A DNA stretch of 25,093 bases from a virus (Duplodnaviria; Caudoviricetes): positions 1 to 25,093 of the IMG/VR virus record IMGVR_UViG_3300025872_000284. One strand, written 5' to 3'. The notes under the pieces are model-generated. The model did not search any database. It worked only from the letters and a program-made list of their open reading frames with translations, and had not been told where the DNA came from. Positions within the stretch are counted from its first letter, which is position 1; every line of letters starts with the position of its first letter. Positions 7,064-15,611 of this stretch are shown in pieces. Position numbers and translations under genes: made by a program.

Positions 7064-7338
7064 AGCGAGTACATCTGATCGTTGTAGCAAAAACGCGCGA
7101 ACTGCATACGGAGCGACCCAGAAGGGCAGTCTTTCTTCTCGAACGAGCAGTTCTCGACGTGCATGCCGTTGAAGTCAAGCACTACCGCCTGGCTCTTATT
7201 CTGCTGAAGCGCTTCGAGCGCGTCGAGGACGTGGTAGAAGCGGTGGAGGTCCTTCTGGCCGTAGAGGCGGAGGCCGGAGAATTTGATCTTGAGTACTTTG
7301 GAGCGCAGGCAATGCGCGCAGGTGTTATTTTTCTTCAT
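7060..7338 (-). CDS. Hypothetical Cys-containing protein
   Basis: CAHC near the N-terminus; C/A-rich leader; coupled on both sides. Confidence 0.7.
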   Translation of the reverse strand: MKKNNTCAHCLRSKVLKIKFSGLRLYGQKDLHRFYHVLDALEALQQNKSQAVVLDFNGMHVENCSFEKKDCPSGSLRMQFARFCYNDQMYSL

Positions 7339-7534
7339 TGGTAGTTGTAGTGATGAGCGGGATTCCCCAGATGAGGGTTCCGCGGTGGATGGGGTCGGGG
7401 CAGGTCCAGCCCTCCCTGTCTCCGATGGTGATGAGAATGGCCTTCTTGCCGCACCTCTCGCACTTGTTATGGCACACGCGGCACCACTTCTTGGTGCATG
7501 TCTCCTTATGCGGGAGGTTGTTTTTCCTGATCAT
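7325..7534 (-). CDS. Small Cys-rich putative zinc-binding protein
   Basis: CRVC, CERC and CPDPIH motifs; ATGA coupling at 7531-7534. Confidence 0.65.
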   Translation of the reverse strand: MIRKNNLPHKETCTKKWCRVCHNKCERCGKKAILITIGDREGWTCPDPIHRGTLIWGIPLITTTTNEEK

Positions 7535-7722
7535 GCGACGAGTTCGTAATTGATGAGTAGGTCCTTGGCGGTTGTCCTGTGGACGATGTTGCTCGAGATT
7601 CTCTGGATCGCCCACACGTTATCCCCGAGACTCTTCCTGACGTATACCCTGCTTCCGCGGCGCTTGTGTTTCCATATCTGGCCGCGGGAGACTTTACCTA
7701 ATGCCCGTTTAGCGATTTGCAT
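7531..7722 (-). CDS. Small basic beta-rich hypothetical protein
   Basis: GQIWKHKRRG pattern; first gene after the leftward promoter. Confidence 0.7.
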   Translation of the reverse strand: MQIAKRALGKVSRGQIWKHKRRGSRVYVRKSLGDNVWAIQRISSNIVHRTTAKDLLINYELVA

Positions 7723-7748
7723 TGTAGTGGATAGATGAGTGCGGAGTT

Positions 7749-7776
7749 AGGGTATCAAGCGTGAATTCCTTGTCAA
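7749..7776 (-). promoter_or_regulatory. Leftward promoter TTGACA-16-TACCCT with TG extension
   Basis: Back-to-back with the terS promoter; faces ATG 7722. Confidence 0.55.
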
Positions 7777-7779
7777 GTA

Positions 7780-7811
7780 CTTGACAAATTACGATTTTCC
7801 TGGTATAATCC
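7780..7811 (+). promoter_or_regulatory. Consensus sigma70 promoter (copy 1)
   Basis: TTGACA 7781-7786, 17 bp, TATAAT 7804-7809 with TG extension; ATG only 9 nt downstream (near-leaderless). Confidence 0.9.
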
Positions 7812-7818
7812 GGCTAAT

Positions 7819-8391
7819 ATGACCGTTACGGACACGCAAAAGCACGCGATCTTCAAGACGCTTGCATCAAAGAGTCAGTACGCGACCGGGCTCGAGTTCG
7901 GGTTCGACAAGCACTACAAGTCGAACACCGCGATCATCAACGCGGTGAACAAGATCTATCGTCAGGTTAAGGAGAATCCTGAGCGGTATGCGGTGAACCC
8001 AGACATGATCGATATGGTGGAGAAGGGCATGGCATCGCGTAAGACTATGGGAATCGCAGCGGTGGTTGAGCCTGGCAAGTCTGCGTCGGAGCAGAGTCTC
8101 GACAAGCTCGATACCAAGGATCTCGTTCTCGGCGCGAAGAAGAAGGCATGGGTTCTCATGCATCGCAAGCTTGACCATCTTTCGAAGAATCGTTCAGCGT
8201 TCAACAAGGAGAGCCTGATGTCTATCGCCAAGGTCGCCGGCATTACGTTCGACAAGGGGCAGCTCGCATCCGGTGGCGCTACCGATCTTATCGGGATCAA
8301 GGCGCACGTGGACACCAATATGAGCGTCGAAGAGATGCTCAAGATGATGATCGGCATGAAGAGGGCTGCCGAGGATACTGATGGAGAGTAG
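7819..8391 (+). CDS. terS: Putative terminase small subunit
   Basis: 190-aa helical protein directly upstream of and overlapping terL; positional call only. Confidence 0.6.
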   Translation: MTVTDTQKHAIFKTLASKSQYATGLEFGFDKHYKSNTAIINAVNKIYRQVKENPERYAVNPDMIDMVEKGMASRKTMGIAAVVEPGKSASEQSLDKLDTKDLVLGAKKKAWVLMHRKLDHLSKNRSAFNKESLMSIAKVAGITFDKGQLASGGATDLIGIKAHVDTNMSVEEMLKMMIGMKRAAEDTDGE

Positions 8392-9994
8392 GGAGGAACT
8401 AGAGAAGAATGTAGAATTCAAGCGTCGTGAGGAGCGGATGGCCGAGTACCAGAACTCGGACGAATACCGCTCCAAGCTCCTGACGCGCCTCCAGGTATTG
8501 GAGGCATGTCAGAATTCTGTGGAGGCTCGCGTATGGGCTATGGAGGCGTGCCGCAAGGATCCGAAGTTCTTCATCAATAACTTCTGCTGGACGCCGAACG
8601 ACAAGTACAAGCAGTACGATTTCCCGTTCATCCTCTTCCCCTTCCAGGAGGAATACGTCGACTGGCTTCGCGAGCATGTCGAGGAGGGCAGAGACGGACT
8701 TACTGAGAAATCTCGTGAAATGGGCGTCACGTGGGTCATCACGGCAACGATGCTGTGGTTCTGGCTATTTAGCGACAACTTCAACGCCCTGCTCGGATCC
8801 TATAAGCAGGAGCTCGTTGACGATAAGACCAAGGACTCGCTCTTCGGCATGCTCGACTATAACCTCCGGTCGCTTCCGAAGTGGATGCTGCCTAAGCGCT
8901 ATAAGCACACCATGCATCGCACGCGGATGAAGCTGGTCAACCCAGAGAACAACAACGTGATCAAGGGCGACACGATGAACCCGGAGTTCGGTCGCGGATC
9001 ACGCCGCTCCGTCGTCTTTCTCGACGAAGGCGCGTTCTGGGAGTACTTCCAGGATGCGTGGGACGCCGCTGCGGACACGACGAACTGCCGCCTGACCGTA
9101 TCGACGCCGAACGGATACAACGCGTTCGCCGTACTTCGGAACTCGGACATCGACAAGATGACGCTCCATTGGCGCAGGCATCCGCTCAAGGACGAGGCGT
9201 GGTACGAATACGAGAAGTCGCGCCGTACCGTCGAGCAGGTCGCCCAGGAGCTCGACATCAACTACAACAAGTCTCAGACGGGGCGCGTCTATCCGGAGTG
9301 GGAGAATGTGGAGTACGGGGAGTTCCCCTACGACCCGCAGAAACCGCTCTATGTATCGTGGGACTTCGGCCGCTCTGACGATACGGCACTGATCTGGTGG
9401 CAGCGCAACGATGACGGGACGTTCACGATTGTCGACTGCTACTGGAACACTGGAAAGCTGATCGATTTCTATGTCCCGTTCGTCACGGGCATCATACCTT
9501 CCGATGGGTATGGTTATAAAACCACTGATCTTGCCGTCATCGAGGAACACCGTGGATGGCACAAGGGCACGCATTTCGGAGATCCATCTGGGAGGTTCCA
9601 GAATCAGGTCACGAACGCGACCGTTCTCACCGTGCTCCGCGACAACGGCATTCACGTAAACTTCCGCGATGACTGGAAGCGGTTCAATCTCCGCATCCCC
9701 GCGGCGAGGAAGGTGATGATGAATGGTCTCAAGGTGAACCGCAACAAGAGGACGGAGTATCTCAACATCTGCATGATCAATTCACAGTTCACCGAGGTCA
9801 GCCGCGGCGGCATGACGATCACTAACTCAAAGGGTCTCGAGCCTCGGCACGATGCCACCTCTCACCTGAGGAGCTCGTTCGAGTACGGTGCCCTGGGAAT
9901 CGACGAGTATTCACGCACGGTCCGCAAGGTCTGGGACCGGAAGACAGTATCATCAACAGGATATGGAAGAAGGCGCGTCACAGGAGGTTACTAA
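8381..9994 (+). CDS. terL: Terminase large subunit
   Basis: LFPFQ adenine motif, Walker A-like EKSREMGVTW, Walker B VVFLDE, motif III VSTPNG, RNase H-fold nuclease SWDFGRSDDTA. Confidence 0.95.
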   Translation: MESREELEKNVEFKRREERMAEYQNSDEYRSKLLTRLQVLEACQNSVEARVWAMEACRKDPKFFINNFCWTPNDKYKQYDFPFILFPFQEEYVDWLREHVEEGRDGLTEKSREMGVTWVITATMLWFWLFSDNFNALLGSYKQELVDDKTKDSLFGMLDYNLRSLPKWMLPKRYKHTMHRTRMKLVNPENNNVIKGDTMNPEFGRGSRRSVVFLDEGAFWEYFQDAWDAAADTTNCRLTVSTPNGYNAFAVLRNSDIDKMTLHWRRHPLKDEAWYEYEKSRRTVEQVAQELDINYNKSQTGRVYPEWENVEYGEFPYDPQKPLYVSWDFGRSDDTALIWWQRNDDGTFTIVDCYWNTGKLIDFYVPFVTGIIPSDGYGYKTTDLAVIEEHRGWHKGTHFGDPSGRFQNQVTNATVLTVLRDNGIHVNFRDDWKRFNLRIPAARKVMMNGLKVNRNKRTEYLNICMINSQFTEVSRGGMTITNSKGLEPRHDATSHLRSSFEYGALGIDEYSRTVRKVWDRKTVSSTGYGRRRVTGGY

Positions 9995-10400
9995 AGGATA
10001 CGTGGTCAAGTGGCAGCCAGACGAGATCTCCGAGGGGAGCGTCTGGTTCCGACGCACGTACAAGGAGTCGAAGAAGATCAGCTCGCACATCAGGTTTAAG
10101 AGGATCAAGCATGGGTTCTACCGCATGTACTTCCGCCAGGCGTATCTCCACGAAGTATACAAGGAGATGCCGATGCTCGGATACGACTGGGACGATACCG
10201 ACATGCGCCTCGCCGAAGGGAGTCAGAAGTATTACGAGGAGTTCGAGGACAAGGTTGACCTGACCAGGAAGATCAAGAACTTCAAGGAGGGTTTTTATGA
10301 CACCAGGGACAAGCTCTGGACGCGCGTATACCTCATGCGAACGAACGAGGAGTTCTATCAGAACGCGAGAAACGCTTATAAAACAGTAACTATTCACTAG
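9963..10400 (+). CDS. Hypothetical basic/aromatic protein between terL and portal
   Basis: Fills the gap to the next promoter; start ATG 9963 or GTG 10002. Confidence 0.75.
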   Translation: MEEGASQEVTKGYVVKWQPDEISEGSVWFRRTYKESKKISSHIRFKRIKHGFYRMYFRQAYLHEVYKEMPMLGYDWDDTDMRLAEGSQKYYEEFEDKVDLTRKIKNFKEGFYDTRDKLWTRVYLMRTNEEFYQNARNAYKTVTIH

Positions 10401-10403
10401 CTA

Positions 10404-10435
10404 CTTGACAAATGTCGCAAAACGTGGTATAATCC
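10404..10435 (+). promoter_or_regulatory. Consensus sigma70 promoter (copy 2)
   Basis: TTGACA 10405-10410, 17 bp, TATAAT 10428-10433. Confidence 0.9.
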
Positions 10436-10453
10436 AGCATACTTGGGTCCTAA

Positions 10454-12514
10454 ATGGGAGAAGTAGACGTAACCGCCCCCCTCAGCATCTCTAGCCGCAT
10501 AGAAAACGGCGGAGCTATTCGGCGCGAGGAATACAAGCACTCCGATAAGGAATCGGAGGTTGTCTCTCAGGTATACGCTCTTTTCCGTGAGTCTGCGGAC
10601 GATCGCAATCGCAGTTTCGCCTATTTCGACAACCGCACCCTGACCGAGTACATCGAGGACTCGGTTCGTCGCTTCTATACCAATATCGACGAGCGCGACG
10701 GCATCGACGAATGGCAGTCGATCCTCCATGATCCGTTCACGCGCAACAAGCTGCTCGCTATCCTCGGGCGCGTCGTTGATGCGCTTCCCGTAGCGGAGAT
10801 TACCGGACGAGGAGACCAGAACGCCATGAAGGGCGAGATCATCGGTGCGCTCTTCGAGTACTCCGAGGACGTGTCCGATTCTGATCAGTTCATGGTCGAC
10901 CTCATCGAGGACGCTATGGTCAAGGGTACGGCTGTCGGATACGAGGGCATCGAGACGACAACCAAGAAGCGGCGTGTCGTCATCGACTACAAGAACGGCG
11001 ACGATCTCGTGGTCAAGGAGCGCACCGTCAGGACGCGCAAGCTCATTTCCGCGCTCGTTCCCCTCGAGGAGTTTTATCCTTCGAGCGTAGGAATCAGGCG
11101 CATCAAGGACATGCCGTATGCGTTCTGGCGTACGGAGCTCTCCCTGGCCAAGTTCCTCAAGGAATATCAGAATTACGAGAAGGCGGAGTACGTCTGCGGC
11201 TACCAGTCTGCGACCGAGGGATCGGAGTCGGTTGCCCGTCCGTACTATCAGGACTTTATCACGCCGACCACTACCGACGGGAACGTCGAGGTCATCAAGT
11301 ATTTCAACCAGGAGACCGATGAGTACATCATCGTCGCCAATGGCGTATGGCTGAACCCGCTCAAGGGGGATATCGTTTCCCCGCTTCCGTTCAACCATAA
11401 GGCGCTCCCATTCTTCGAGGTTCGCTACGACAATTACGGTATCGACTTCTTCTATGGAAAGTCGTTCCCTGATCGTATCAGCGTTCTCCAGGACACGCTC
11501 AACGTCCTGCACAACATGTTGCTCGACCAGAGCTTCCTCACGATCTTCAGCCCGATCCTCATCGCAGGCGTGGATGACATCGAGGACGACTTCCTGGTTC
11601 CAGGGCGGCGCATCACTATCGATACTCAGGGCCTTCCGGTGCGCGACGTGTACCAGAAGATGGACCTCGGTACGCCGAACGGATGGCACCAGTGGATCAT
11701 GCAGTACACCAAGCAGGTTCTCGAGGAGTCGTCGATCGACTCGGTATCTCAAGGATCTGCCGGTGTCGGAGGGCGTACGACGGCTACCGAGATCCGCTCT
11801 GCCGCAGCCGGCCTCACCTCGCTGCTCGGCCTGTTCGGAAGGTTCATCAAGTTCGGCGTCAAGGAGCGTGCGCGTCTTCGCGTGGAGAACATCCTGCAGT
11901 TCTATTTCGACGAGAAGAATCCGATCAGCGACCACGTGCTGTCGCAGAAGCAGAAGGAGGATCCCAACATCTTCAATAGCTTCTATGTGAACTCCGGAGC
12001 AGCTACCCCAGGAGACCGTGGCGAGAAGATCATCGACGTGTATAAGCGCGGGGCGAATCTCCCGACCAATACCGATAACCAGATCAACGCCAAGGTTGAT
12101 GAGGTCCTATCAGGAAGAAAGGTGACGAGGTTCACGATCACACCGGAGTTCTTCGATGACTGGGAGGCGTGCATCAAGATCGTCCCGAACACGCAGTCTG
12201 AGATGTCAAAGGACGTTGATCGTGCGCTCGAGCTCCAGTTCCAGCAGGCGTTCCTCGGCCTCTACCCGGATCTGGCGAACCGGAAGGCGCTTGCATCGAC
12301 ACTCGCAGAGAAATTCGGCCGCGATCCGTCCAAGGTAATCATGGAGCAGCAGCCGCAGGGCCCACAGCTCCTCGGCCCCGACGGACAACCCATCCAGTCA
12401 CAGGGATCCATGATGCCTAACGGAGGTGGGGACAACTCAGCCAACGTGGTGAAGGGAGAAACCGGGGTCGGAGGAGAAGGAATCGACCTCCGCGCACTCA
12501 TGGGAGGATCGTAA
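10454..12514 (+). CDS. Portal protein (podovirus/P22-like size)
   Basis: 686 aa following the terminase; TTATEI motif, LPF/FFYGKS pattern and Q/P/G-rich tail typical of large portals. Confidence 0.85.
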   Translation: MGEVDVTAPLSISSRIENGGAIRREEYKHSDKESEVVSQVYALFRESADDRNRSFAYFDNRTLTEYIEDSVRRFYTNIDERDGIDEWQSILHDPFTRNKLLAILGRVVDALPVAEITGRGDQNAMKGEIIGALFEYSEDVSDSDQFMVDLIEDAMVKGTAVGYEGIETTTKKRRVVIDYKNGDDLVVKERTVRTRKLISALVPLEEFYPSSVGIRRIKDMPYAFWRTELSLAKFLKEYQNYEKAEYVCGYQSATEGSESVARPYYQDFITPTTTDGNVEVIKYFNQETDEYIIVANGVWLNPLKGDIVSPLPFNHKALPFFEVRYDNYGIDFFYGKSFPDRISVLQDTLNVLHNMLLDQSFLTIFSPILIAGVDDIEDDFLVPGRRITIDTQGLPVRDVYQKMDLGTPNGWHQWIMQYTKQVLEESSIDSVSQGSAGVGGRTTATEIRSAAAGLTSLLGLFGRFIKFGVKERARLRVENILQFYFDEKNPISDHVLSQKQKEDPNIFNSFYVNSGAATPGDRGEKIIDVYKRGANLPTNTDNQINAKVDEVLSGRKVTRFTITPEFFDDWEACIKIVPNTQSEMSKDVDRALELQFQQAFLGLYPDLANRKALASTLAEKFGRDPSKVIMEQQPQGPQLLGPDGQPIQSQGSMMPNGGGDNSANVVKGETGVGGEGIDLRALMGGS

Positions 12515-12520
12515 TCACAC

Positions 12521-12784
12521 ATGATTGAAGAAACTGACGCACTAGAAGAGGGTTATGACACGGAAGAGCTCGTGAAGATCTTCTCTGCGGCATCGGAGAT
12601 CGAAGGATTCTGCGATCTGCTGCGGAAGATGATCTACCGCGATATGGTGCTCCACGTGAACACGCCTAAGGAGAACAGCGACATGATCCGCGGGGCGATC
12701 ATCAGGACCAAGTATCTCCTCAAGCTGGTACAGACGAAGGGCGACCCCCGTAAGCTGCGCCAGGTACTTGACAAAAAGGAATAA
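12521..12784 (+). CDS. Small hypothetical protein downstream of portal
   Basis: 87-aa helical ORF at a position commonly occupied in such phages; leader taatcacac-ATG. Confidence 0.8.
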   Translation: MIEETDALEEGYDTEELVKIFSAASEIEGFCDLLRKMIYRDMVLHVNTPKENSDMIRGAIIRTKYLLKLVQTKGDPRKLRQVLDKKE

Positions 12785-12798
12785 AAATGGTATAATCC
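12767..12798 (+). promoter_or_regulatory. Consensus sigma70 promoter (copy 3)
   Basis: TTGACA 12768-12773, 17 bp, TATAAT 12791-12796. Confidence 0.9.
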
Positions 12799-12802
12799 AG
12801 GT

Positions 12803-13048
12803 AGGCAGGGTTAGAGTGTCCGAATTGGTGGGTGAATAGAATAGCTTTCGAGTTATTCGCCCCTACCGTTCACCCACCGCTTCGGGCCCTTTAATCCCCC
12901 GAGGGTGATGATCATCCGAGATCGTTATCCTGAGAGCTTGTATTTGTGCGCGGACTCAACCGCCGATGGACTCAACCATCGTTAAAAAAGGGAAGTGCTT
13001 TTTTGCATAAGACAAGGGTAACAAAACACAGCAATCAAATTCGAGTAC
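12803..13048 (+). ncRNA. Structured 5' leader RNA of the scaffold/capsid operon (candidate cis-regulatory element)
   Basis: Long stem 12808-12897 capped by a UUCG loop, 12-bp stem 12902-12931, and twin ACUCAA-loop hairpins 12950-12981; the G-U pairs work only on the plus strand. Confidence 0.7.
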
Positions 13049-13687
13049 ATGGACAACAACATCCCCACTGACCCCCAGGGTCAGGACCCTACAGAACTTC
13101 AGTCGAAGATCGCGGAGCTGGAAGCAGCGAAGCGAGCCGCTGAGGAGGCTGCTGCCGCGGAACGTGCAGCGAAGGAGGGCCTTGTTGCCGAGCTGAAAGA
13201 GCTCCGCACCAAGAAGACCGACCTTGAGCCCCCAAAGCCGGCCACTGAAGATATCGATGCCAAGATTCGTGCCGCCCTCGAAGAGAAGGAGAGGCAGGAC
13301 GCTAGCCGCAGTAAGGAAGTCGCTCTCGAGCGCTTCAAGGCCGAGCATAAGGATTTCCATCCGGACAACGATCCGGGCGGGCTGAAATTCGCCGCGCTCC
13401 TCAAGGAGTTCGAGAGTTTCGACACCTCAGGTGCTCGTAGCGTAGAGGATTTCTCCTCTTACCTGCAGAAGTCTCTTCGTCTCATCGCTCCCGCTAAGGG
13501 AAGCGAAGCGGAGACGGTCACGGATGAGCCGCCGGCTCCTGCTAAGTCAGGAGAACCGAAAGCGACGCCGGCATCGAAGCTTACCGCTAGAGAGCGTGAA
13601 GTAATCTCGCAGCTTGGATGGACCGAGGAGCGATTCCTCGATCTCAAGACCAAGAATCCTGATTACGTTAAAAGCGTTCTCGCTTAA
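13049..13687 (+). CDS. Capsid scaffolding protein
   Basis: Charged coiled-coil, Pro-rich linker and short C-terminal helix-turn-helix; located between portal and capsid. Confidence 0.75.
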   Translation: MDNNIPTDPQGQDPTELQSKIAELEAAKRAAEEAAAAERAAKEGLVAELKELRTKKTDLEPPKPATEDIDAKIRAALEEKERQDASRSKEVALERFKAEHKDFHPDNDPGGLKFAALLKEFESFDTSGARSVEDFSSYLQKSLRLIAPAKGSEAETVTDEPPAPAKSGEPKATPASKLTAREREVISQLGWTEERFLDLKTKNPDYVKSVLA

Positions 13688-13729
13688 AGATTCTGTAGTC
13701 TACATTCAGAAACCTAGACAAGAACACCT

Positions 13730-14248
13730 ATGGCATTTAAGCAGGCGGGCACTCTTAGCCCGTTCGGTGGTCCGGTTCTGCGCAGCGACATCATCGCCAA
13801 TTCAACAACACGTACCGAGCTTGATTCTGTAAAGATCTCCTCGGGATTCGTGGCTGCTGGAACGGCAGGTGCGCTCGTATACGGCCACGTTATGGCCCTC
13901 GTCACAAACAACGGTATCGGTCTTAACACGACTGGTGCGGCTGGTGCGGCGATCGGCAGCTTTGTAAATGCGTACACGGTTGCTTCGAACAACCAGACGG
14001 TAGCTAAGGTTCGCGCGGTATCGGATATCTCCAAGGAGACCATCTATTCCGTCGATCCTGATGCGACTATCGGTACGACAACCGGATCCAACCTTCTCGG
14101 CTACTTCACGGACATCGCGTCCGCGACGCAGACCGACGAGGACACCGCGGCAGCGACAACCTGCCAGTACGGAATCCTCGGCGTTGATCCGCTCGTGTCG
14201 GCGAACCAGCTCGTACACATTTTCGAGTCACAGGTATTCGGCGTATAA
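13730..14248 (+). CDS. Capsid accessory/decoration-type structural protein
   Basis: A/G/T/V-rich beta protein directly upstream of the major capsid gene. Confidence 0.6.
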   Translation: MAFKQAGTLSPFGGPVLRSDIIANSTTRTELDSVKISSGFVAAGTAGALVYGHVMALVTNNGIGLNTTGAAGAAIGSFVNAYTVASNNQTVAKVRAVSDISKETIYSVDPDATIGTTTGSNLLGYFTDIASATQTDEDTAAATTCQYGILGVDPLVSANQLVHIFESQVFGV

Positions 14249-14260
14249 CTCTAAGCTCTA

Positions 14261-15238
14261 ATGGAAAATCGTGGTAATTGGACAGATCTCATCAAAGGCG
14301 TAGGCCTGATGATGGGTGAGGTCTTCAACCAGGCCTCCGAGGAGTATACTCCGGGTATCTTCTCGCTTCTCAACCGCAAGTCGGTTGATGGTGCTGTACG
14401 TAATGTCACCGGTAAGACAGGACTTGGAAAGCTCGGTCGTTTCGACGACGGAGACGACCTCCCGTCGCGTCGGCGCTACAAGACGTACACAACCCGCATC
14501 GAAGTAAACAACTACGGTGCGTTCATCGACGTTACGAAGAACTCGATCGTCGACCGCGACGAGCAGTTCCGTGCTGACCTCGACGAGATGCGCGATCTCA
14601 CCATCGCTGCTAACTACTCGATGGATCAGGCAGGCGTACAGCTGTTCAATGGCGGATTCGCGACCTCCGTTGATGTAAACGGATATCGCATGACATGGTA
14701 CGGAGACGGCAAGCCGCTCTTCTCGACCATTCACCCGACCGTTGTTCCTGGTGGAAGCACCCAGAGCAACGCGTCCTCGACAGGCATCCTGTTCACGCAT
14801 GACAACCTCGAGACTGCTCGCGTAGCCCTCGTGCTCCAGCAGACCGACGACGGTCTTGCGCTGACCATGACAGGAAAGCCGATGCTCGTGCTTCCGGAGA
14901 ACCTCCAGAAGGAGGGACTTGAGATCACCGCGTCGCAGCTGAAGCCGGATACGGCGAACAACGCGATCAACGTGTTCAGCAACGGAATGGGCGTAGACAT
15001 GACAACCTCGGCGCTGTTCGACTCCGTTAACGGAGGAAGCAACACCGCGTGGTTCCTCTGTGTTCCGGGCCGTCACAAGCTCAATCACGAGGAGCGTCAG
15101 GCTCTTACCCTCGAGCAGGACACCAACATTAAGAACAAGGTAGTTACCTTCACGGTCGATGCCCGTTGGGCGAACTCAGTCACAGACTGGCGTCGCACTT
15201 GGGGATCGAAGGGTGACGGGGCTGCGTATAGCTCTTAA
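14261..15238 (+). CDS. Major capsid protein (HK97 fold, Mu gpT-like)
   Basis: 325 aa; GDGKPLFSTIHP, P..LVLP..L, N..NV, S.TAWFL and DWR..WGS.G motifs. Confidence 0.9.
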   Translation: MENRGNWTDLIKGVGLMMGEVFNQASEEYTPGIFSLLNRKSVDGAVRNVTGKTGLGKLGRFDDGDDLPSRRRYKTYTTRIEVNNYGAFIDVTKNSIVDRDEQFRADLDEMRDLTIAANYSMDQAGVQLFNGGFATSVDVNGYRMTWYGDGKPLFSTIHPTVVPGGSTQSNASSTGILFTHDNLETARVALVLQQTDDGLALTMTGKPMLVLPENLQKEGLEITASQLKPDTANNAINVFSNGMGVDMTTSALFDSVNGGSNTAWFLCVPGRHKLNHEERQALTLEQDTNIKNKVVTFTVDARWANSVTDWRRTWGSKGDGAAYSS

Positions 15239-15320
15239 TGCTCGGGCTTTGGCGGTGTGCCCTTAAACACCGCCCCAACTATAAGTGATCGCTCTCGTCT
15301 CCGAGCAATCATTTCAAGGT

Positions 15321-15611
15321 ATGAGACGGAACTTAACAACCAAGCACTTCACGCGCGCGGAACGGGTATTCGGAGAACTGCTCAAGCAGTTGCGGATACC
15401 GTATCAGGCCAAGGTTTCTGTTGGCGGGAGGGAGGCGGATTTTGTCGTAGGCAACTATGCCATCGAGATCGACGCGCACCCCCAGGCGTCAGATAAGAAT
15501 GTCCTCCTCCTCGCCCACGGATTCACGCCGATACACTTCACGAACGCTGACGTGCTCAACAACAGACAATCAATAATCACATGGCTGGAACAAACTTTTT
15601 CACACCAGTAA
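15321..15611 (+). CDS. DUF559/Vsr-like PD-(D/E)XK endonuclease
   Basis: T.AE..F..LL...I.Y...ADF......IEID...L..HGF..IHFTN pattern; start re-assigned to ATG 15321. Confidence 0.7.
   Translation: MRRNLTTKHFTRAERVFGELLKQLRIPYQAKVSVGGREADFVVGNYAIEIDAHPQASDKNVLLLAHGFTPIHFTNADVLNNRQSIITWLEQTFSHQ

Noticed and set aside
10397-11935. 512-aa antisense ORF opposite the portal gene (also the 412-aa, 276-aa and 218-aa antisense ORFs opposite fibre, capsid and terL)
   Set aside because: In-register shadows caused by scarcity of TTA/CTA/TCA codons on the sense strand; no promoter, leader or protein-like motifs.
12803-12935. Possible tRNA or intrinsic terminator
   Set aside because: No cloverleaf, T-loop or CCA pattern, and no U-tract after the stems.
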